A DNA stretch of 64,000 nt from Candidatus Woesebacteria bacterium RIFCSPLOWO2_01_FULL_39_61. Its GTDB lineage: Bacteria; Patescibacteriota; Microgenomatia; UBA8517. The stretch spans positions 1,119 through 65,118 of the forward strand of contig MGHI01000039.1 of NCBI GenBank assembly GCA_001793155.1. The letters are read 5' to 3'. Positions 9,620 through 19,394 of this stretch are shown here, piece after piece. Under the pieces are notes generated by a model, which saw only the letters and a list, made by a program, of their open reading frames with translations, had not been told where the DNA came from and ran no database searches. Positions within the stretch are counted from its first letter, which is position 1. Each line of letters begins with the position of its first letter. The position numbers and the translations under genes were made by a program.

Positions 9620-12375
9620 TTGTCAAACAAAAACTTCCTCTTTTTGGGTTTTGGCTGGTCAAAAAAATGATACTGGATTTCCGGTTGATTATTTTTAACT
9701 TCTTCAGTAGGTTTGTTTTCTTCATCTTTTTTAAACCATTCAGGTGAACAAGCTTTTTGAGGAGCGTTTTCTTTGAGAAACCATTCGAGTCTGGTTGGGC
9801 ATCCATTACAAGAAAGAGTTCCCGTAATTGTGCAAATGGGAACTTGAACCAAATCTTCAGGAACGGTCCAGTCGTGATTTTCTTCAGTTTGTAATAAAGA
9901 ACTCATGATTTTATTAAATATCGGGGAAGCCCCTGTCACTCCAGATGCTATCCGGGCCATTTCTGAGTTATCGTTATTTCCGACCCAGGTAGCAACCAGG
10001 TATGTTTGGTTATATCCCAGTGTTAAATTGTCTCTAAGATTATTGCTTGTACCGGTTTTGACTGCAACTTCTTTATGATTCGGTATTACCAGGAGCGAGT
10101 TTGTTCCGAAGGCTGGCGTTCGAGCATTATTATCCTTAAGGATGTCCGTAATAATGTACGCGACCCTGGGATCGATAACCTTATTCCCGTCACACTTACT
10201 CGTTTCCTCAGAATTTGTACTTCCAGACGATGACGCATACGTTATGGCGATAATAGAAGCTTCACCTCTCCCGCAGAAATTTTCTTCTAAAACTTTGCCT
10301 TTATTATTTGTTATTTTAAGGATGTATTTTTCTTCCGGCTTTTTTCCGTAGTTAGCGATGGTTGCGTAAGCATAAGCCAAATCCAGCAGTTTCACTTCAC
10401 CGCCACCCAGAGTTAATGACAAACCGTAATTATCCGGATTATTCCAGGTTGTAATACCCATTTTTTGCCCCATTTCAATCATATTTTTTACACCGTATGA
10501 ATTTAATACTTTTACTGCAGGGACGTTTCTGGACTCTGCAAATGCGCTTCGCAGTGTCAAATTTCCCCGAAAACCTCCTTCATAATTTTTGGGAGTATAG
10601 GGAGGAAGACCGGGTATAAGGAAGGTAACGGGAGTATCCGGGATAATTGTTGCGGCGGTGTAACCATTTGAGAGTGCGTATGCATAGTTAACTATCTTAA
10701 TCGAGGACCCCGGTTGCCTTAAGGAAGTTGTTACGTTTACGTTACCGTCATTTTGAGTATCAAAATAATCTTTGGAACCTACCATTGCCAGAACTTCACC
10801 TGTTGCTGGAGAGATTACCACTGCTGCGCCGTTTCTAACATTTAATTTTGCGAGTTTATCAACTTCTTCTTTGACAACGGTTTCAGCGAGAATTTGAATG
10901 TTATAATCGAGTGTTGTAACTACATTTAATCCTCCTTTTTCAACCAACTCCTTGCCGTATGTTTCTTCCAGAAGTTCTCGGACAAACATTACAAAATGGG
11001 AAGCTTTAATGTCGGTTTTATTTTCGGCAAAAATAGGAACTTCCTTTTGGGTTTCTTCTTTCTGACTTTGTGTAATGAAACCGTTTGTATGCATGAGGTT
11101 TAAGACCTCATTTTTTCTGTCGATTGCGGCTTGAGGATTTGGCCCGAAGGGTGAATACTGGGTCGGACTTTTTGGAAGTCCTGCAAGTATCGCCGCTTCG
11201 TTAAGAGTCAGAGAACCTACATCTTTATTGAAATACGTTCTTGCCGCCTCCTCGATTCCGTACGCCGTACCGCCGTAAGAAACCTCGTTTAGGTACATTT
11301 CTAATATTTCATTTTTTGAATAAGTCATTTCAACAATTACGGCCAACGTAATCTCTCTTAATTTTCTGATCAGAGTTTTTTCAGAAGAGAGGAGCGCGTT
11401 TTTTACCAGTTGTTGGGTAATTGTTGAGCCTCCGGTGAGTTCTCCTTGGCGCCAATTTTTAAGAGCGGCCCGGGTAATTCCCCGTATGGAAAAACCGGGG
11501 TGCGAGTAAAACTCTGCGTCTTCAATAGCTAAAGTGGCCAGTCTTACATGAAGCGGTATGGAATTAAGTTCTACCGGCGTTCTATTCTTATCATCGTATA
11601 TAGTGTAAAGAAGTATGCCGTTTCTGTCATATATTTTGGTAGAGACGTCAACATTTCTTTTAGTAAGCTCTTGCGCAGTGGGTAAATCTCTGAGTATAAA
11701 CCTCCAGAATAAAAATCCCGACAAAATAGTTAAAAGAACTGTTATTAGAAAACTAAAAAGGATTATTTTAAGAAGAGCTAATTTTGTTATTCTTACCTTA
11801 ACTTTAGTCTTTGGTTTGGTTAAAAAGATAGGAATTAATCGCAGGCGGACTTTTAAAAGGTTTATAGACTTTTCTGTATATAGGTAAGAGCGTTTAGAAA
11901 GATTTGCCGTCTGTTTAATTAAGACAAAAACTTTGGTAGTTTTTAATAAAAGCCTTTGGCCGAAATTCTTTGAGCTTATTGATACTTTTAAAAGAAAACC
12001 TTTAAGTAGAGTAATTAATTGCGGGGAAGCTTTAAAGATATCGCCTTGTTTTTTGAGTGATAATTTTTTTTCAAAAAAGAATCTGGTTTTTTTTAAGCTC
12101 GAATATATTCGCGCCAAATATTTTTTATATGAAGATATTTTCTTAGATGCTGAATTAAAAAAAGAATTAAATATAAAGGTTACGGTGCCGAACAGTCTCT
12201 TGATGAAGTATCCTGTAGCATGTAAGCCGAGAATTACGGCAAGAAATATATAAGTTAAGACGGTAAAAAAAGGCTTTCCAATAAGAGCAAGCAGCCTGAG
12301 AGCGAATTTTAGGCTGTTTTTTACTTTCGTTGGGGCAAGGTTAACATCTGGTTTTTGATTTGGTAGTTTAACCAC
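9616..12375 (-). CDS. class A penicillin-binding protein (PBP1A family); start uncertain
   Basis: Transglycosylase motifs EDAEFY, GGSTITQQL; transpeptidase motifs GSSIK, SRN, KTGT. Confidence 0.92.
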   Translation of the reverse strand: MVKLPNQKPDVNLAPTKVKNSLKFALRLLALIGKPFFTVLTYIFLAVILGLHATGYFIKRLFGTVTFIFNSFFNSASKKISSYKKYLARIYSSLKKTRFFFEKKLSLKKQGDIFKASPQLITLLKGFLLKVSISSKNFGQRLLLKTTKVFVLIKQTANLSKRSYLYTEKSINLLKVRLRLIPIFLTKPKTKVKVRITKLALLKIILFSFLITVLLTILSGFLFWRFILRDLPTAQELTKRNVDVSTKIYDRNGILLYTIYDDKNRTPVELNSIPLHVRLATLAIEDAEFYSHPGFSIRGITRAALKNWRQGELTGGSTITQQLVKNALLSSEKTLIRKLREITLAVIVEMTYSKNEILEMYLNEVSYGGTAYGIEEAARTYFNKDVGSLTLNEAAILAGLPKSPTQYSPFGPNPQAAIDRKNEVLNLMHTNGFITQSQKEETQKEVPIFAENKTDIKASHFVMFVRELLEETYGKELVEKGGLNVVTTLDYNIQILAETVVKEEVDKLAKLNVRNGAAVVISPATGEVLAMVGSKDYFDTQNDGNVNVTTSLRQPGSSIKIVNYAYALSNGYTAATIIPDTPVTFLIPGLPPYTPKNYEGGFRGNLTLRSAFAESRNVPAVKVLNSYGVKNMIEMGQKMGITTWNNPDNYGLSLTLGGGEVKLLDLAYAYATIANYGKKPEEKYILKITNNKGKVLEENFCGRGEASIIAITYASSSGSTNSEETSKCDGNKVIDPRVAYIITDILKDNNARTPAFGTNSLLVIPNHKEVAVKTGTSNNLRDNLTLGYNQTYLVATWVGNNDNSEMARIASGVTGASPIFNKIMSSLLQTEENHDWTVPEDLVQVPICTITGTLSCNGCPTRLEWFLKENAPQKACSPEWFKKDEENKPTEEVKNNQPEIQYHFFDQPKPKKRKFLFDN

Positions 12376-12523
12376 TCCTTAGCCTACAGATGTCAGCTTC
12401 GCTGACAAATGCTACATAAATTGCACTTATACCCTATATTTATACTGCAAATTATCTATATTTTAGCAGAGGAAGCAACAGTTGAGTATCGGCAGTTAAG
12501 ACTGATTTAGATAATTTTCTAGC

Positions 12524-12934
12524 TCAAGGATTAAGCAAATCCTTGTAACTAAGAAGTATCCCGAGAAGAATTATCGCAATAACGCTGAAAAGGAGTGTAA
12601 AGACAAGAATTTTTTCTTCGGATTCCCTGGTCATTTTGTATTTAAGGGGTCGTTGGGCGGTTTTATCTAATCTTGTTTGGCGGCGTTTAACCTGTAAATT
12701 TCCGGAAACAATTGTATTTACTTTTAATGGTTGCTTGACTGTCTGGTTAAAGCTCAAGCTTGGGGTTTTGCGACTGGGAGCCTGCATAACTTTGATCGGA
12801 ACCGGTGGCTGGACCGGTTCGACAGATTGGACAATTTTAGCTTTAGGAGAACGTTTAACTTGCTGTCTTATTAAATCGATTTTTTCAAGAAGCGCTTTTT
12901 TAAAAGAAGGGGCATAGATATGTTCGTCTTTCAT
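12524..12934 (-). CDS. hypothetical protein with C-terminal TM helix
   Basis: ORF fills the gap between co-oriented genes. Confidence 0.6.
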   Translation of the reverse strand: MKDEHIYAPSFKKALLEKIDLIRQQVKRSPKAKIVQSVEPVQPPVPIKVMQAPSRKTPSLSFNQTVKQPLKVNTIVSGNLQVKRRQTRLDKTAQRPLKYKMTRESEEKILVFTLLFSVIAIILLGILLSYKDLLNP

Positions 12935-12972
12935 ACAATCATTGTACTCAAAAAGACTAGGGTTTTGGTAGT

Positions 12973-13623
12973 TTAGTCCATAAACTTAAAAGTGGAGAGG
13001 ATTTGGTCAATTTCGTTTTGGTATCCTCGATTGTTACGATCCTCATATCTGGTTAATATAAATAAATATTTTTGATTGTCCATAGGTAGGTATATGCAGT
13101 TTTGCTCTACAAGGAAAAAACAAGAGTAAGAATATCCGTTAGCTTTTCCCAGCGTAATTTTTTTTATATCGTCATAGTTTGGAGTTTCTCCTGCACCCTT
13201 TTTATCCGTGGTGTAAGTATCTCTTACTTGGTCTTGAAGAGTCGGTTTTTCTAATTCCAGGATTCTAAACTGCACTTCTGCAAAATCACGCGGGCCAGGA
13301 TAACCGCCGTCCGCTCCTTTGAAGTTAACCGATAAATTTTTTGCATTGCCTGCTAAATTGTAGGTAACTGGAACCACAAACTCAAATTTACCTAACAAAT
13401 TCGTTATTTTAATGTCGCCACTGGGAAGTTCGAAAGTTTGAAGATCGTCGGATGGTGGGATTAAGCTTGGTATGGTGGATGGTGTTCGTGATTCAGATGA
13501 GCTTTGTTGAGGAATAAATTTTATTTGTCTGTTTTTGTAGGCATAATATCCGATTCCGGTAATAGTAATTAAAGCAACTAGAATGAGAAGAAAGTCAACA
13601 ACCCCTTTTGAATTTTTATGCAC
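12973..13623 (-). CDS. exported protein with prepilin-like N-terminus and possible PsbP-like domain
   Basis: KG|VVDFLLIL leader; C-terminal DQILSTFKF. Confidence 0.65.
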   Translation of the reverse strand: MHKNSKGVVDFLLILVALITITGIGYYAYKNRQIKFIPQQSSSESRTPSTIPSLIPPSDDLQTFELPSGDIKITNLLGKFEFVVPVTYNLAGNAKNLSVNFKGADGGYPGPRDFAEVQFRILELEKPTLQDQVRDTYTTDKKGAGETPNYDDIKKITLGKANGYSYSCFFLVEQNCIYLPMDNQKYLFILTRYEDRNNRGYQNEIDQILSTFKFMD

Positions 13624-13626
13624 AAT

Positions 13627-15969
13627 TTATTCTACTACCTGATTATTCGTCGGTTCAATAGAAAGAGGATGCTTTATTGTCGCCGAGTGCGACGAGGCGG
13701 CAATTGTGCAGTCTAGGCATACGAAAGTATCCAAAGGATCGTATAAAACATGCTGTTGCCTGACCTCAATATTTTCGGGCGGAGTGCTCTCATTTATAAA
13801 TCCGCCGGTAGTTCTGTCAAAATGAACATCCTGAACCCCTCCCTTAATAATTAGGGGAGTTGTATTTTCCAGGAAATAGTCAAAACGGGTTTGACAACCT
13901 ACTGGACCAGGGGCCGGGTTATCTTCCGGACCGGATGGTATTATGCCGGTATCTATACAAACATTTGCTCCGATAACGTCTTCTGGTTGTTTAGGCCAAG
14001 CATGTTCTTTATCTAACTCGCTATAACTTCCTATCTCCGCCTTATCTAAAACTTCCTTCATAATTGAATTCCAGATTGGTGATGCTCCGGAAACTCCGGA
14101 TACGGCGCGCGTCATCGGAGAATTATCATTATTTCCTACCCAGGTGACAACCAATGCCTGACTGGTATAGCCAATGGTCCAGTTGTCCCGAAGATCGTTG
14201 GTCGTACCGGTTTTTACTGATACCTCGGGATGGCCTTTAACGTTTAGAAATGAACTCGTTCCGAAAGCAGCAGACCTGGCATTGTTGTCGTGGAGGATAT
14301 GCGAGATTATAAAGGTGACAGCCGGGGAAAGAACCTTATCTCCTTTTAAATTAATTTCCTCGGGTTTAACTTCTTCAATAACCTTTCCCCTCCAGTCCTC
14401 GACCTTGAGAATAGAAATAAGCGGCTGTTTAATACCGGAATTTGCTAGAACACCAAAGCCAACCGCCATGTCAAAGGGTCTTACTTCACCGCCGCCAAGA
14501 GTTAAGGATAAACCGTAATCAGATGGATCCCTAAAAGTAGTAATCCCCATTTCTTTGGCAAAGTCGATAAAGTTTTCTATACCATTTAGCGCCAATACTC
14601 GAACAGCCGGAATATTGTATGAATTTCCAAGGGCAAATCTTACCTGTACCGATCCGTGGAAGTTCCCGTCGTAGTTTCTGGGACAATAATCAGCTTGTCC
14701 TGCTACTTTAAAACAGGTAGGTACATCAGCCAGGGGAGTTGATGCGGTTATTTTCTTGTCTCGCAAAGCGAGAGCATAATTTAAGGGCTTAATCGATGAG
14801 CCTGGTTGTCTTTGAGCAAAAATAATGTTTACTTTCCCATCCTCATCTTGGGCAAAATAATCCTTGGATCCGACCATTGCCAAAATCTCTCCCGATCCCG
14901 GCCGGGTTACGAGCGCAGCCCCGTTTCCCACCTTTTGTTTACTTAACTTTGCAACCTCCGTTGCAACCTTCTCTTCGGCGTAATCCTGCAGGTCCAAATC
15001 GAGTGTTGTAGTTACCCTTAGTCCTCCTTTTTCAACGACTGCATCCGAATATTTTTCCGCAAGTTGTTCCTTGACCCAAAGTGCAAAGTGGGGAGCCTTT
15101 AATTTTTCGGGTTCGGCATATTTTAATTCTTCCTCGCTGGCCTTATCGGCTTCTTCCTGTGAGATATATCCGTCAGTAACCATAAGTCTAAGCACCGTCT
15201 CTTGCCTTCCTTTTGCAAGTTCCGGGCGAGATCCGAAGGGAGAAAAACGTGAGGGTGCTGCCGGTAAACCTGCCAAAAGAGCCGCTTCTGCCAATGTTAA
15301 ATCACTAGCCTCCTTGCCAAAATAGGTTTCTGCCGCTGCACCGATTCCGTAGGCGGTCCCGCCATAGGGGATTTGATTTAAATAAAGTTCAAGTATTTTA
15401 TCTTTGGAATATATAGATTCGACCAAAAGAGTTAAAACAAATTCCCTTAACTTTCTTCGGACAGTCCGCTCGGGCGTTAAAAGTACATTTTTAACCAGTT
15501 GTTGGGTCAGGGTTGAACCTCCTTGGAGTTTACCCTTGAAAATAGTGTTATAGGCAGCACGTACGATTCCCGTATATGAGACGCCGTAATGCTTGTAAAA
15601 ATCTTTATCTTCAATCGAGATTGTTGCTTTTTTTACATAATCCGGTATTCCGTCTAACTTGATGGGGGTACTTTTTTTGTCCGCATAAATTTCATATATA
15701 ATTTTGCCGTTTCTGTCAAAAAGTTTTGTCGAGACGGGAACCTGGGACGTTGCAAGCTTGGTTGGTAGCGGAATTGCCCAAAAAAGCCACAGTCCGAAGC
15801 TAACCAGTATTCCGAAGAAAAATATTTTTTTCTTTCTCCTTTCACTCGCAAAAAAGTTTCTGATCTTCGAAAAAGCTCCGATTTTTACCACCCTCGTTTG
15901 CCTTTTTCTTTGGGGTTTAATAGCAGATTTTTTAACTCCCCTGGTTTTCTTTATGTTTTTCTTTATCAT
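13627..15969 (-). CDS. class A penicillin-binding protein (PBP1A family)
   Basis: EDKDFY, GGSTLTQQL, GSSIK, SYN and KTGT motifs. Confidence 0.93.
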   Translation of the reverse strand: MIKKNIKKTRGVKKSAIKPQRKRQTRVVKIGAFSKIRNFFASERRKKKIFFFGILVSFGLWLFWAIPLPTKLATSQVPVSTKLFDRNGKIIYEIYADKKSTPIKLDGIPDYVKKATISIEDKDFYKHYGVSYTGIVRAAYNTIFKGKLQGGSTLTQQLVKNVLLTPERTVRRKLREFVLTLLVESIYSKDKILELYLNQIPYGGTAYGIGAAAETYFGKEASDLTLAEAALLAGLPAAPSRFSPFGSRPELAKGRQETVLRLMVTDGYISQEEADKASEEELKYAEPEKLKAPHFALWVKEQLAEKYSDAVVEKGGLRVTTTLDLDLQDYAEEKVATEVAKLSKQKVGNGAALVTRPGSGEILAMVGSKDYFAQDEDGKVNIIFAQRQPGSSIKPLNYALALRDKKITASTPLADVPTCFKVAGQADYCPRNYDGNFHGSVQVRFALGNSYNIPAVRVLALNGIENFIDFAKEMGITTFRDPSDYGLSLTLGGGEVRPFDMAVGFGVLANSGIKQPLISILKVEDWRGKVIEEVKPEEINLKGDKVLSPAVTFIISHILHDNNARSAAFGTSSFLNVKGHPEVSVKTGTTNDLRDNWTIGYTSQALVVTWVGNNDNSPMTRAVSGVSGASPIWNSIMKEVLDKAEIGSYSELDKEHAWPKQPEDVIGANVCIDTGIIPSGPEDNPAPGPVGCQTRFDYFLENTTPLIIKGGVQDVHFDRTTGGFINESTPPENIEVRQQHVLYDPLDTFVCLDCTIAASSHSATIKHPLSIEPTNNQVVE

Positions 15970-16032
15970 TCTCCTTAATTTTTTTAACGAATAATTATAC
16001 TAAGCTAGCCGGAAATTTGCTAAATTGGTTAC

Positions 16033-16512
16033 ATGACTTTCTTTAGGAATCTGAAAAGTAAAAAGACTCTTTTCTTTATAGCCACTTTTTTTATTATAAC
16101 CGCGATTTTTGTTTTTTCTCTGCCCAAGCGGTATAAAGAAAATCAAGATTCAAAGCCAAAACCCGATTTGCTTAATCAAAATGAGGTTGCTGAGGATATA
16201 AATGAAGGTGATCCCCTAAGCTCTATTCCTCAGGATTTTCCGGTATATAATAACGCCTCGGTAAGTGGGTCTTCAAAAAGCTCGGGCATTGAAGGAAGTG
16301 GTGTTTCGATTATATGGGAAAGTAGTGACGATTCCGAAAAGATTCATTCTTTTTACAGAGATGAACTTGACAAAAATGGATGGGAGATAGTGAAGGATGA
16401 GCGAGTTGGGAATTTTTATAGCCTATCTTTTAAAAAGGATTCAGCAAGTGGTTTTCTTGGTATAACTAAGTCTTTAAAAAAAACTATACTATCTGTTACT
16501 ATGAGGTATTAA
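16033..16512 (+). CDS. exported hypothetical protein
   Basis: N-terminal TM helix; IPQDFPVY...FYRDEL..NGW. Confidence 0.65.
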   Translation: MTFFRNLKSKKTLFFIATFFIITAIFVFSLPKRYKENQDSKPKPDLLNQNEVAEDINEGDPLSSIPQDFPVYNNASVSGSSKSSGIEGSGVSIIWESSDDSEKIHSFYRDELDKNGWEIVKDERVGNFYSLSFKKDSASGFLGITKSLKKTILSVTMRY

Positions 16513-16583
16513 CCTTGCAGACTACGCTTTCATAAACTCCTGAAGGAGGAGCATGCAAGTTCTTATAGTTATAACATAATTAT

Positions 16584-17078
16584 ATGAAAGCCGAAATATT
16601 AGAAAAAAGAATCTGGTGGAGCTACATTCACCAGGATTTACAGGAGTTGTTACGCGAGTCAGTTTTGCTTATTAGTACTTTTGGAAAGTGGAGCAAAAGG
16701 TTTCACGACTACGCCTTTATTGTTTTCCCTGCGGCTAAAGCCTATGAGGGTTTTCTGAAGACGTTGTTTCGTGACCTTGGTTTTATATCTGACGAAACAT
16801 ATTTTGGAAAGCGTTTTAGAGTAGGGAAGGCATTGAATCCCGCTCTTGAAAATCATTATAGAGAGGAAAGTATATATGATATGCTGGAGAATTATTGCCA
16901 AGGAAAAGAATTGCCAGATGCTCTTTGGGAAACTTGGAAAAGAGGCAGAAACATGCTTTTTCATTGGTTTCCCAACGAAAGTAATGTAATAAGTTACGGG
17001 GATGCTAAACAAATAATTTTTGAAATTTTAGAAACTATGGATTTTGCTTTCAAGGAGTGTAAGATTAGTAGGACATAG
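16584..17078 (+). CDS. RnlA/RNase LS-like HEPN domain protein
   Basis: DYAFIVFPAAKAYEGFLK and Rx4H motif RNMLFH. Confidence 0.7.
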   Translation: MKAEILEKRIWWSYIHQDLQELLRESVLLISTFGKWSKRFHDYAFIVFPAAKAYEGFLKTLFRDLGFISDETYFGKRFRVGKALNPALENHYREESIYDMLENYCQGKELPDALWETWKRGRNMLFHWFPNESNVISYGDAKQIIFEILETMDFAFKECKISRT

Positions 17079-17169
17079 TACAGAGTGCAAAGGGCATAGC
17101 TAAAGAATATAATAAAAGAGTACAAACTCTACGCTACGTACTTTGTTCTTTGCCTTGTACAAAGCACCC

Positions 17170-17817
17170 ATGCCTAATAAAGAAACGGCCATTAAGCACA
17201 CAACCTTACTTGCTACCTTCCTCCTAATTGTTTGGGGTTTTTACAGAATGCTTTTTAAACTTCCGGTGGAAATCGAGGAACTTTTCGTGAAGCCCCTCAT
17301 TTGGCTTGTCCCTGTTTATTTTTTAGTCAAAAAGGAAAAAGGAAATCTTGGATCACTCGGAGTAACTACAAAAAATCTTTTCCCTTCTTTATATCTTGCA
17401 CTCGCCTTAGGAGTTTTGTTTGCATTGGAGGCGGTTATCATTAACTTCGTAAAATACGAAAGCATAGACTTTTCGGCTAATCTTGGGCAGGATCCATTTT
17501 TAATTGCACTAGGGCTTTCTTTCGCAACGGCCGTTTCTGAGGAAATAGCATTTAGAGGTTATCTTTTTAACAGGGTGTGGCGTGTTCTGGGGGATGAGTG
17601 GCGAGCTAATCTTATAACAAGCACTATTTGGGCCTTAATCCACGTTCCAATCGCTATCTTTTGGTGGGAACTAAATCCTACTAATACGGTTCTTTATTTA
17701 TTTTTGACAACCCTATTCGGGATCGGATCCGCCTGGGTCTTTGCCAGAACAAAAAATGTCGCTTCATCTATCCTTCTTCATGTACTTTGGGAGTGGCCGA
17801 TTATACTTTTTAGGTAA
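17170..17817 (+). CDS. CPBP/Abi-family intramembrane metalloprotease
   Basis: EEIAFRG, WALIH and LLHVLW motifs. Confidence 0.88.
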   Translation: MPNKETAIKHTTLLATFLLIVWGFYRMLFKLPVEIEELFVKPLIWLVPVYFLVKKEKGNLGSLGVTTKNLFPSLYLALALGVLFALEAVIINFVKYESIDFSANLGQDPFLIALGLSFATAVSEEIAFRGYLFNRVWRVLGDEWRANLITSTIWALIHVPIAIFWWELNPTNTVLYLFLTTLFGIGSAWVFARTKNVASSILLHVLWEWPIILFR

Positions 17818-17981
17818 ATCGAAAAAGTGATTGGTCATTTTATCATTTTCCATTTTATTTTTTTTAATTTCCTATTCTCAAATGGAGAAATATTTGAATT
17901 AAATGGCAGATATATAATCAGAAAATGCAAAATAATTTGTTGATTTCTTCAACAAATTGAACTACCATACTTATACTTTAC

Positions 17982-18611
17982 ATGTTTCGCAAAATTAGTG
18001 TATATTCTGGCCTTTTAATTATTGCCTTCGGAATCTTATTGGTATCTATCTTACGGACGGCTTCGGTTAAATACGATTTTACCAGTGAAACGGTGGAAAA
18101 AGTTCAGGTTTTGGGAGACACAAACATTACAAAAGTTAACTACGATTTACCTTACCAGGGTAGAATCATGCCCGATAGCCCTCTTTGGCCGCTAAAGGCG
18201 CTCAGGGATAAAATTTGGCTTTTTATTACGACTAATTCGTCAAGACGGGCTGAGCTTGATCTTCTTTTTGCTGATAAAAGACTGGCTTCGGCCAAAATTC
18301 TTTTTGAGAAGGATAAACCGGAGTTAGCTTTTACTACCTTAAGTAAGGCTGAAAAATATTTAGAGGAAGCCATGCTTCAGGAAAACGAGAATCGGAAAAA
18401 GGGAATGGATACATCCCAGTTTCTGGAAAGACTGGCACGGGCTTCACTTAAGCATTTTGAGGTAATGGAGGGGATAATGACAATTGCTCCCGAAGATGCG
18501 AAACCCAAGATTGTAGAAGCACAATCATATGCTAAAAAAGTATTCGAATCCAGTCGTGACGCATTAAATGAAAAAGGTATAACTCCACCGGAAAATCCCT
18601 TCGCTTGGTAA
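17982..18611 (+). CDS. DUF5667-like membrane-anchored protein
   Basis: PDSPLWPLK...ADKRL motif. Confidence 0.65.
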   Translation: MFRKISVYSGLLIIAFGILLVSILRTASVKYDFTSETVEKVQVLGDTNITKVNYDLPYQGRIMPDSPLWPLKALRDKIWLFITTNSSRRAELDLLFADKRLASAKILFEKDKPELAFTTLSKAEKYLEEAMLQENENRKKGMDTSQFLERLARASLKHFEVMEGIMTIAPEDAKPKIVEAQSYAKKVFESSRDALNEKGITPPENPFAW

Positions 18612-18798
18612 ATTTATTGGTTTGTGAATACTTTCTTTTGGCGGCGAAAGGGTTAAAGAGTTAATTTAGAGTAATTTTTTTATCTTCTTTTTTATTTCTC
18701 CGAAACTTAACTTATTAAAACTTTTAACTACCCCAAAATTACCAGCCTTGTCGTGAAGCTGCGATGATCTTTTCTGATGTAGTAATTGATAGTTGACA

Positions 18799-18846
18799 TA
18801 GGCAGATGTAGTGTTTAATTATTGTTACTGTCACTACCAGTAGCGA
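18799..18846 (+). promoter_or_regulatory. tandem NrdR boxes overlapping a TTGACA promoter
   Basis: TAGGCAGATGTAGTGT (18799-18814) and TCACTACCAGTAGCGA (18831-18846), 16-bp spacer, upstream of nrdR-nrdJ. Confidence 0.7.
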
Positions 18847-18928
18847 TTTTCTTTTACACTCGTGAAATTAGTTTTAGTTCGTTTTCTTTACCTAACTTTC
18901 TTTTCGGAAAAGAAAGTTAGATTAAGTT

Positions 18929-19369
18929 ATGAAATGTCCTTTTTGTGCAAGCAGCGATACTCAGGTTTTGGAGTCGAGGGCGGTTGAGGAAGGTAGGGCT
19001 GTAAGAAGAAGGCGTGAATGCGGGAAGTGCGGGAAAAGATATACGACTTACGAGAGGGTGAAAAGTACAGTACTCTGGGTTATTAAAAAAGATGGCCGTC
19101 GTGAACCTTTTGAACGCGAGAAGGTTAAAAGAGGAATACTAAGGGCAGTAGAGAAACGTCCAATATCACTAGACCTAGTAGACGACGTAGTCAACCAGAT
19201 TGAACGCGAGATGCTCAAAAAAGAAAAAGAAGAGGTTTCGTCAAAAGCGATAGGCCATGCGGTTTTGAAAAGACTTAAAAAGATAGATAAAGTGGCCTGG
19301 CTCAGATTCGCCAGCGTCTATCTGCAGTTTGAAGATCTGGAAGATTTTGCTAGGGCAATAAAGACTTGA
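18929..19369 (+). CDS. nrdR: transcriptional repressor NrdR
   Basis: MKCPFC...RRRRECxxC Zn ribbon, ATP cone, RFASVY. Confidence 0.97.
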   Translation: MKCPFCASSDTQVLESRAVEEGRAVRRRRECGKCGKRYTTYERVKSTVLWVIKKDGRREPFEREKVKRGILRAVEKRPISLDLVDDVVNQIEREMLKKEKEEVSSKAIGHAVLKRLKKIDKVAWLRFASVYLQFEDLEDFARAIKT

Positions 19370-19394
19370 GGTCTTTCATTAGGAATGTAAAAAC

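Noticed and set aside
12380-12415. riboswitch or ribozyme at the TGTCAGC/GCTGACA hairpin upstream of the PBP gene
   Set aside because: A single short hairpin with no further supporting structure
18612-18790. cobalamin riboswitch upstream of the B12-dependent RNR operon
   Set aside because: No recognisable B12-box or conserved core; the region is AT-rich
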